A stretch of 64,000 nucleotides of DNA, from positions 1 to 64,000 of the IMG/VR virus record IMGVR_UViG_3300044981_000078; one strand, written 5' to 3'. Made by a program: the position numbers and the translations under genes. Below are positions 19,145 to 25,333 of this stretch, piece after piece; the stretch's first letter is position 1, and each line of letters opens with the position of its first letter. The DNA comes from a virus. The notes below the pieces were generated by a model that saw only the letters and a program-made list of their open reading frames with translations, ran no database searches and was not told where the DNA came from.

Positions 19145-19444
19145 GGTGAACTTGTAAGCAGGATTCTGTTCCGTGCGTTCTTATAGAAGCACGGTGACTG
19201 CCATTCGTCTTTGCTGCCTACCCGACCTTCATCACGCTAAACAAACGTTCCGGTCCTATTTGGCATTGCTCTGGTGTGGATTATCTTCGCTCCAATGATG
19301 TAAGCGTTCGATGACTTTCTAGAATGTCACCGTTCAATTACATACGAAGGCTTACCCGTACGCTTTCGCGCCCCGCAACTTCCACGGCACCATGTTTAGA
19401 TGAGTCCTGACTTTCCTCTGTTTCCAGCGGCAGTCTAGTTCACC
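19145..19444 (-). ncRNA. rnpB: RNase P RNA (bacterial type)
   Basis: P1 GGUGAAC/GUUCACC; CR-I GAGGAAAGUCAGGAC; CR-V AACAGAAUCCUGCUUA; P2 GACUGCC/GGCAGUC; GAGCAA..CCAAAUAGG (P15 region). Confidence 0.88.
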
Positions 19445-19448
19445 AATA

Positions 19449-19525
19449 TGGACTCGCTGGCGGGACTCGAACCCGCATACATCAGTTTAGGAAACTAAGC
19501 CCCGATCCTTTCGAGGAACAGCGAG
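19449..19525 (-). tRNA. tRNA-Arg(CCT)
   Basis: Loop UUCCUAA; A20; CCA. Confidence 0.88.
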
Positions 19526-19609
19526 AAAATTTTTATCCCTTCAGGTGCGCGACCGGAGTCCGGTGCGTTTTAGTTTCGAGAGTTTCACTCTACCCCTTCG
19601 GGATAAAAC

Positions 19610-19684
19610 TGGGGGGCCGTAACGGAGTCCAACCGTTCTCTTGGAGTTAGAAGCTCCAGGTCCTATGCGATGAACGAACAGCCC
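19610..19684 (-). tRNA. tRNA-Arg(TCT)
   Basis: UGGAG-CUUCUAA-CUCCA; C19-G56. Confidence 0.85.
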
Positions 19685-19690
19685 AAAACT

Positions 19691-19765
19691 TGGCGAGAGA
19701 TGATGGATTCGAACCACCAAAAGCGCGTTTGGAGTGCGCCGGTTTGCCGTTAAGCCTAATCTCTC
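19691..19765 (-). tRNA. tRNA-Trp(CCA)
   Basis: Loop CUCCAAA; G73. Confidence 0.88.
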
Positions 19766-19772
19766 ATAAAAC

Positions 19773-19848
19773 TGGAGCGGAACATGGGATTCGAACCCAC
19801 TCGTTCAGTTTGGAAAACTGACATGCTAGCCGTTAACATCAGTCCCGC
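19773..19848 (-). tRNA. tRNA-Gly(TCC)
   Basis: Loop UUUCCAA; U73. Confidence 0.9.
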
Positions 19849-20060
19849 TTAAAATCCATAAATCCACAACTCATGATCCAGAATCGGACGAAACACATGC
19901 TTATCGCCAGGTGTCCACAGATACAATCCTAACTCAGTGGACATGATAATAAAAGCAGATTCTGAATGCACGTACATATAAATTTGTGGCACCCACCTCA
20001 CGGTCCCGGTGCCCCGGACTAGGTATTGAGGGCAACCCTCGTGCGCCTAGACGCTGTGAT

Positions 20061-20135
20061 TGGAGCGATGTGCGGGAAATCGAACCCGCGCCTATGACTT
20101 GGCAAGCCATCGGACTTCCATTATCCGAACATCGC
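20061..20135 (-). tRNA. tRNA-Gly(GCC)
   Basis: Loop UUGCCAA; U73. Confidence 0.88.
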
Positions 20136-20528
20136 CTAAAATTCAAAGTCTTTAGCAAAACGTAATCCGGTTTTTATGCTCTTAGAAGGCTCTATACGTA
20201 ATGACATTGTGCCTTTAACACACTTCTCTATAGGAACAAAATATGTCTTTCCATTGTCGGGGCAATAAACTCCGAAAGCGTCTATATCGTCTTTCGAATA
20301 ATAATTCATACCTGCTGCTGTCACACTATAAGTTCTAAATTTTACCACACCTTTTCTAATTCGTGCAGTCTTACATTGAACACGTATGAATTTTCCCTTC
20401 TCATCATCTAATAAAAGGTCATATCGAGAAGCACCGTTAAAAGGTATAAAAATTTTCTTACCCCTCAGCAGTAGCGCCGCTAAAATCATTCCTTCTGTAA
20501 CAGAACCTACTCCACTCGTATCTTTCAT
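20136..20528 (-). CDS. PD-(D/E)XK homing endonuclease (I-Ssp6803I-like)
   Basis: RYDLLLD..RVQCKT..Y..DIDAFGVYCP; likely start ATG 20528. Confidence 0.85.
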   Translation of the reverse strand: MKDTSGVGSVTEGMILAALLLRGKKIFIPFNGASRYDLLLDDEKGKFIRVQCKTARIRKGVVKFRTYSVTAAGMNYYSKDDIDAFGVYCPDNGKTYFVPIEKCVKGTMSLRIEPSKSIKTGLRFAKDFEF

Positions 20529-20532
20529 TTGT

Positions 20533-20574
20533 CTCTCCACTATAGAGTCGGAGGGGTGATAGTGGCACCCCTCC
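20533..20574 (-). promoter_or_regulatory. Kissing-loop SD-sequestering element, copy F
   Basis: GGAGGGGUG-[CCACUAU]-CACCCCUCC ... CUCU-[AUAGUGG]-AGAG, then AUG. Confidence 0.8.
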
Positions 20575-20595
20575 CAGTTGTACGTACAAAATCAA

Positions 20596-21072
20596 TTAGG
20601 CGTGATCGCCTTTGTCACCCTTGTCGCCTTTAGGTCCGGGGTCTCCACGGTCGCCTTTGTCGCCCTTTATAGAGTCACCTTTATCGCCCTTATCACCTTT
20701 GTCACCTTTTACAGAATCACCTTTATCGCCTTTAGGTCCTATTACGGTATCACCTTTATCGCCCTTAATAGAATCGCCTTTATCACCCTTTAGGCCGTGC
20801 TCTCCGTTAGTTCCTGGATCGCCCTTATCACCCTTCACAGAGTCGCCTTTGTCACCCTTAATTCCTGGAATTCCAATATCGCCGCGATCCCCCTTCGGGC
20901 CTGCGGGTCCTGTTATAGATTTACCGTCGGCTCCGTTTTTTCCAGGGGCTCCTTGAGGTCCTACCGGTCCCGCCGGACCTGCTACCGGCGCTGTCTTAAA
21001 CAGACTGTGAACTAACGCAATAACTCCGGATGCCAACCCTGCTACAGCAATATAATCCGCGTATGGAATCAT
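20596..21072 (-). CDS. Membrane-anchored collagen-like protein
   Basis: N-terminal TM helix, then G-X-Y (GDK) repeats. Confidence 0.8.
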   Translation of the reverse strand: MIPYADYIAVAGLASGVIALVHSLFKTAPVAGPAGPVGPQGAPGKNGADGKSITGPAGPKGDRGDIGIPGIKGDKGDSVKGDKGDPGTNGEHGLKGDKGDSIKGDKGDTVIGPKGDKGDSVKGDKGDKGDKGDSIKGDKGDRGDPGPKGDKGDKGDHA

Positions 21073-21124
21073 CTTAGTCCCCTCAGAACTAAAACTAACA
21101 TGTGGTACAGTACTACCTCAAATG

Positions 21125-21201
21125 TGGTCGCTGTGAGTGGAATCAAACCACTTATGATGACGCTTTATGAGAGCGTTGTTCACTCGGAGAACATCACAGC
21201 G
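21125..21201 (-). tRNA. tRNA-Met/Ile2(CAT)
   Basis: ACGCU-CUCAUAA-AGCGU; A19-U56. Confidence 0.8.
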
Positions 21202-21208
21202 TTAAAAT

Positions 21209-21284
21209 TGGTTGCGGGTCTAAGAGTCGCACTTAGCTGAAATCAGTTTATGAGGCTGATGACTTCCTCGAAGTCTAACCCGCG
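21209..21284 (-). tRNA. tRNA-Met(CAT), initiator-like C1:A72 mismatch
   Basis: CGCGGGU...ACCCGCA-A-CCA; loop CUCAUAA. Confidence 0.75.
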
Positions 21285-21402
21285 ATAGAAATTTTATATT
21301 CTACGTTTCTTATTCCGAACGTAGGTAACTGAGAATGACAATTAGGACATGTAATTGCTAAATTCTCTTCTCGATTATCCCAAAACTTGCCATTCTTATG
21401 AT
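21275..21402 (-). pseudogene. C-terminal HNH endonuclease remnant
   Basis: HKNGKFWDNREENLAITCPNCHSQLPTF; N-terminus missing. Confidence 0.7.
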
Positions 21403-21416
21403 TGTACGTACAAAAA

Positions 21417-21494
21417 TGGTGGGTCTGGTGAGAGTCGAACTCACAAATTCTCCGGTCTAAACGGAGCACATATGCCATATTCTGTTACAGACCC
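21417..21494 (-). tRNA. tRNA-Leu(TAG), short variable region
   Basis: CUCCG-UUUAGAC-CGGAG; A73. Confidence 0.8.
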
Positions 21495-21499
21495 AAACT

Positions 21500-21575
21500 T
21501 GGCGGGGTTACCGGGAATCGAACCCGGATAGTGAGATTGAAAGTCTCACGAATTGACCGCTTATTCGATAACCCC
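21500..21575 (-). tRNA. tRNA-Glu(TTC)
   Basis: Loop CUUUCAA. Confidence 0.9.
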
Positions 21576-21682
21576 AAAATTGAATTCGGCCTTAGCAAAA
21601 TTTCTCAGTTACTTTTGCTTTTTCGCAACCCTCGGAGACTAGGAACTGAGATGGTCTCGACAAGGTGAAGCCGACCGAAACT

Positions 21683-21756
21683 TGGTAGCCCTGAACGGAA
21701 TCTAACCGTTGCTTTTCCCGTGAGAGGGGAATGACCTGACACTAATCGACAGGGCC
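21683..21756 (-). tRNA. tRNA-Glu(CTC)
   Basis: Loop CUCUCAC; U19-A56. Confidence 0.85.
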
Positions 21757-21763
21757 ATTAAAC

Positions 21764-21839
21764 TGGCGGCGTTGACGAGAATCGAACTCGCACCTTCGTT
21801 CGTGACAGGAACGCGCACTCACCGTTATGCTACAACGCC
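21764..21839 (-). tRNA. tRNA-Asp(GTC)
   Basis: Loop CUGUCAC; G73. Confidence 0.9.
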
Positions 21840-21901
21840 ATAAATTTTTGCCCTGACTAGTGGTAGCTAGCCGCCGATGTGGGACCACATCGTTATAACA
21901 C

Positions 21902-21976
21902 TGGAGCCGAAACCAGGAATCCAACCTGGGATTACTCATTACCAATGAGTCGTCTTAAGCACTAGACTATATCGGC
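21902..21976 (-). tRNA. tRNA-Thr(GGT)
   Basis: Loop UUGGUAA; C19-G56. Confidence 0.85.
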
Positions 21977-21982
21977 AAAACT

Positions 21983-22056
21983 TGGAGCAGCGTCTGAGAA
22001 TCTAACTCAGGTCAACGCATTACGAGTGCGTGATAATCACACTATACCAACGCTGC
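21983..22056 (-). tRNA. tRNA-Thr(CGT)
   Basis: Loop CUCGUAA; U19-A56. Confidence 0.85.
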
Positions 22057-22060
22057 AAAC

Positions 22061-23095
22061 TTACGCCGTTGCCTTTCGGCTCTTATCTCGGCGGAATATC
22101 AAATAATCAGAGTGACCGTCCCAATCTAAAACTACTGTGTCACCTGTCTTGACCTGTTCGGTTGACAGCAATCGTGACATCGGACGGACTACATACTTCT
22201 CAATCGTTCTCTTCAGGTGACGAGCGCCGTAGTTTATATCTGTGCCCTCACGAAGCAAAAACTTCTTAGCCGACTCGTGAGTACTGAAAAGAAACTGGGC
22301 CTTGTCATTATGCAAAATTCTATTCTGAACGATCTCTAGTTCGATATCCAGTATACGATAGAGATGCTCAGATGTCAAGGGATGAAATACCACCACCTTG
22401 TCCAGCCGGTTCATAAACTCAGGAGAAAACTTTCTCTTTGCTGCTTCCTGAGCTATCCTATCAATCTTGTTGTCTAACTGAGTCTCGATTTGAGGTTGCG
22501 AAAACCCCATTGAACCGTTAAACAAACTAGTAATATCTTTGGCCCCGAGATTAGAGGTCAAGAATATCATTGTCAGAGACAGATCAACTCTACGGTTGTC
22601 TCCGAGTGTCAAGGTCGCCTTGTCAAGCATACCAAGTAATAGCTGCCACAGAGAGTCTGACGCTTTCTCAATTTCATCGAATAATAGAAAGCTCAGTCTA
22701 AGACCTTCTTTGTGATATGTCGCCAACGCTTCCTGGGTTATCTTCGGGTGTGTTTCCCGATGACCTAGATATCCCGGAGGTGAACCGATTAACTTTGCTA
22801 TCTCGTGACTGTGTTGAAACTCAGCACAGTCTATCTTAATGGCTGCACGCGGGTCACCAAATAAAACTTCCGCTGTCGCTTCAACTACTCTGGTCTTGCC
22901 AATTCCTGTCGGCCCAAGAAATAAAAAGTTACTTATCGGACGACCGGCGGGGCACAGCCCTGCCCGAAACATTTCAAAGGAGTCTACGATAGCCTCAACC
23001 GCATCTTGCTGGCCGATTATCTTCTCTTCTAAAGAAGACTGAAAACCGATCAGTTCTCGGCTCTTACGGGTCGGGTCCAAATCTGACATAGTCAT
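22061..23095 (-). CDS. Single-ring ClpA/ClpB-family AAA+ ATPase (D2 module only)
   Basis: IIGQ..GPTGIGKT, KLIGSPPGYLG, LFDEIEKA, FSPEFMNRLD, YGARHLKR. Confidence 0.9.
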   Translation of the reverse strand: MTMSDLDPTRKSRELIGFQSSLEEKIIGQQDAVEAIVDSFEMFRAGLCPAGRPISNFLFLGPTGIGKTRVVEATAEVLFGDPRAAIKIDCAEFQHSHEIAKLIGSPPGYLGHRETHPKITQEALATYHKEGLRLSFLLFDEIEKASDSLWQLLLGMLDKATLTLGDNRRVDLSLTMIFLTSNLGAKDITSLFNGSMGFSQPQIETQLDNKIDRIAQEAAKRKFSPEFMNRLDKVVVFHPLTSEHLYRILDIELEIVQNRILHNDKAQFLFSTHESAKKFLLREGTDINYGARHLKRTIEKYVVRPMSRLLSTEQVKTGDTVVLDWDGHSDYLIFRRDKSRKATA

Positions 23096-23121
23096 AGAAC
23101 CCCCGAACAACTGTAACAAAC

Positions 23122-23196
23122 TGGAGCACGATAAAGGTTTCGAACCTTTTCCCGCTGTTTACAAGACAGCAGTTCTACCAATTAAACTAATCGTGC
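23122..23196 (-). tRNA. tRNA-Thr(TGT)
   Basis: Loop CUUGUAA. Confidence 0.9.
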
Positions 23197-23199
23197 ATA

Positions 23200-23280
23200 G
23201 CGAGGAATCAAGCGACCTAGGGTATGGGCTTGCGCCCGCTCTATTTACAGTAGAAGTATCCCAGGTCTAACGTCACTCGC
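23200..23280 (-). ncRNA. Orphan Y RNA-like ncRNA
   Basis: GCGAGUGACGUUAGA..GGGAUACUUCU..UCGCUUGAU..CUCGC aligns end to end with the RNA at 57988-58073 upstream of Ro60. Confidence 0.75.
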
Positions 23281-23285
23281 GAAAC

Positions 23286-23372
23286 TGGCTGGGGCGGTAG
23301 GCATCGAACCTACAGGTGTCTTGCGACTCTCGGGTAACAGCCGAGTGGGTTTACCAATTCCCCTACGCCCCA
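23286..23372 (-). tRNA. tRNA-Asn(GTT), long variable arm
   Basis: CUCGG-CUGUUAC-CCGAG; G73. Confidence 0.85.
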
Positions 23373-23482
23373 ATATTTAAAATGTTTACCCGGCTATCAC
23401 GGGTACCGCTTGGGTTCCACTTGCGACCTACCCACAACTGGTAGCCGCCTTTTGTTGTGTTACGCTTCGCACTATAACATAC

Positions 23483-23557
23483 TGGAAGGCAACCGGGGAA
23501 TCCAACCCCGACTTTCGCGTTCGAAGCGCGATGTCTTGTGCATTCGACTAGTCGCCC
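23483..23557 (-). tRNA. tRNA-Arg(TCG)
   Basis: Loop CUUCGAA; C19-G56; A20. Confidence 0.85.
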
Positions 23558-23564
23558 ATAAATC

Positions 23565-23640
23565 TGGAGGGCCGTAAGAGAATCGAACTCTTTTCTCGAC
23601 GTTCGTAGCGTCGTGTCCTATTCCGGTGAACGAACAGCCC
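23565..23640 (-). tRNA. tRNA-Arg(ACG)
   Basis: Loop CUACGAA. Confidence 0.88.
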
Positions 23641-23649
23641 ATTAAAACT

Positions 23650-23725
23650 TGGTAGCCAACTTCGGACTCGAACCGAAAACCCCTTGTTTGTAGGACAAGT
23701 GCTCTTGCCATTGAGCTAGTCGGCT
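23650..23725 (-). tRNA. tRNA-Val(TAC)
   Basis: Loop CCUACAA (C33). Confidence 0.88.
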
Positions 23726-23912
23726 AAACTTTTGCGGGACGGTGGAGCTTCGCTCACTTCGCCGGACTGATTACCACACATAGCCATCGTTTACCGATGC
23801 TGACGCCCGCATTAATAGTCTGGGTGCCCGGGGATTCTCACCCCGCCGTCACGACAGTACTGACTAGTCTTCCTGCCGGACTGGTAACGAATTACCGCGT
23901 ACCCGTAAAACT

Positions 23913-23986
23913 TGGTGGACCGTACATGAATCGAACATGCACCGCTTCCTTGCAAGGGAAACAGACTCCCGTTATCCTAACGGCCC
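23913..23986 (-). tRNA. tRNA-Ala(TGC)
   Basis: G3:U70; UGC anticodon. Confidence 0.9.
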
Positions 23987-24179
23987 AAAATTACTTCTTA
24001 TGAAAAACTGTCTTATACAAACTGTAATTAAACTTATATTCAGCGAATGATGTTGCTAATCCGGCACCGAACAGAACTGCTAGTACCGCTACTGCTTTCA
24101 GAATTAGCATACTGTCCCCTTGAAATATTCGCGGCCTGTTCCCAGAACTAGTCAACCGTATCGAACGGCGAGGCGAAAT

Positions 24180-24255
24180 TGGTTGTGGTCACAGGAATCG
24201 AACCTGTTGCCTCTCGCCTATCAAGCGAGCGCCCATCCTTATGTGCTTGACCACA
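24180..24255 (-). tRNA. tRNA-Ile(GAT)
   Basis: CUCGC-UUGAUAG-GCGAG. Confidence 0.85.
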
Positions 24256-24374
24256 ATAAAACTTTTCTTCAAGAAGCCACCGTGCCAATGCACCAATACT
24301 ATTCGGTTGCTTCGCGAGTTTTTCTAGCTCTTATTTTGTACAGAGCTTTTGTGATGGTTCATAACTCATAAAAC

Positions 24375-24464
24375 TGGAGGAGTAGGCTGGATTCGAACCA
24401 GCAGTGTTCGCAAGGAACTCCGCTTTTACAGAGCGGTGGGATTACCGGATATCCCGTCTACTCC
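24375..24464 (-). tRNA. tRNA-Tyr(GTA)
   Basis: Loop CUGUAAA; long variable arm. Confidence 0.88.
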
Positions 24465-24470
24465 AAAACT

Positions 24471-24546
24471 TGGTAGGTCCGGTGGGAGTCCAACCCACAA
24501 CGTTTCGATTAAAAGTCGAGTGCTCTGGCAATTGAGCTACGAACCT
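24471..24546 (-). tRNA. tRNA-Lys(TTT)
   Basis: Loop CUUUUAA; C19-G56. Confidence 0.88.
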
Positions 24547-24551
24547 AAATA

Positions 24552-24627
24552 TGGTGACTCCGGTGGAAGTCCAATCCACAACCTATCGGGTAAGAGCCGA
24601 GTGCTCTGGCAATTGAGCTACGAAGTC
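24552..24627 (-). tRNA. tRNA-Lys(CTT)
   Basis: Loop CUCUUAC; C19-G56. Confidence 0.85.
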
Positions 24628-24633
24628 AAAACT

Positions 24634-24725
24634 TGGTCCGCTAGACTGGATTCGAACCAGTATGCCGTTTTATAGCGGCGGAGGGTTTTAAGTCCTCAGT
24701 GTCTCGCCTGTTCCACCACTAGCGG
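24634..24725 (-). tRNA. tRNA-Leu(TAA)
   Basis: Loop CUUAAAA; long variable arm. Confidence 0.88.
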
Positions 24726-24732
24726 ATAAAAT

Positions 24733-24826
24733 TGGTATTCCCGAGAGGACTCGAACCTCTATCTTGCTGGAATCCCCAGCGACCAAGGTATAAGCTTGGG
24801 GCTCTAACCAATTGAGCTACGGGAAT
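24733..24826 (-). tRNA. tRNA-Ile(TAT), long variable arm
   Basis: CCAAG-CUUAUAC-CUUGG. Confidence 0.85.
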
Positions 24827-24828
24827 AT

Positions 24829-24913
24829 TGGTGCGAAAGAGGGGAGTCCAACCCCTACGGTTTTACCCGGCGGTTTTTGAGACCGCTGCGTCTGGCAATT
24901 CCGCCACTCTCGC
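24829..24913 (-). tRNA. tRNA-Leu(CAA)
   Basis: Loop CUCAAAA; C19-G56. Confidence 0.88.
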
Positions 24914-24984
24914 ATAATATTTGGGACACTTAAGTCCCAGGTTGGTCTTCACTCCCTCGCGGGCGAAGCTTACCAAACCTAAAC

Positions 24985-25058
24985 TGGTCCTGGCTGTCCG
25001 AGTCGGACGGACACGGCTCGTTCTTCAGACGAGAATGCGACCCCTACATCAAACCAGG
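24985..25058 (-). tRNA. tRNA-Phe(GAA)
   Basis: CUCGU-CUGAAGA-ACGAG; T-loop UCCGACU. Confidence 0.8.
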
Positions 25059-25128
25059 ATAATCTTTCGGGCTTTTGTTGGCGGGAGCCCTGCAACCCGA
25101 CTTAGTGACTTTATATTTAACTTTTAAC

Positions 25129-25157
25129 ACTCTAGCACAGTTCTGAAAACCTGTCAA
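25129..25157 (-). promoter_or_regulatory. Sigma70-type promoter pointing into the tRNA array
   Basis: TTGACA-17 nt-TAGAGT with extended TG. Confidence 0.7.
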
Positions 25158-25257
25158 GCTTTTATTTCAAAAATCTTTTGAGGCTTTCATAGTTTGTCGG
25201 TAGCCTCTAACCGGACATCTCCATCCTACTTGGGATAGGACCAGTCGGACGGGAACT

Positions 25258-25333
25258 TGGGGCGAAAGATCAGACTCGAACTGACATTCTCCGATTCACA
25301 GTCGGATGTCCTTACCTTTGGACGACAATCGCC
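25258..25333 (-). tRNA. tRNA-His(GTG)
   Basis: Encoded G-1 and C73; loop CUGUGAA. Confidence 0.88.

Noticed and set aside
691-20574. Kissing-loop elements as preQ1/SAM-II riboswitches or terminators
   Set aside because: The loop sequences vary freely except CC/GG; there is no A-rich ligand tail and no U tract.
21275-24675. Many short ORFs in the track overlapping tRNA genes
   Set aside because: They overlap well-formed tRNAs and lack SD sites; only the HNH-like tail at 21275-21402 was kept.
19531-25255. Theta (HDV-like) or hammerhead ribozymes after tRNAs
   Set aside because: I could not assign the nested double pseudoknot or the CUGANGA/GAAA core by eye; left as unidentified structures.
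17266-25333. CRISPR array suggested by recurring AAACT(T)GG words
   Set aside because: These are the reverse complement of tRNA CCA ends plus U-rich trailers; there is no constant repeat-spacer period.
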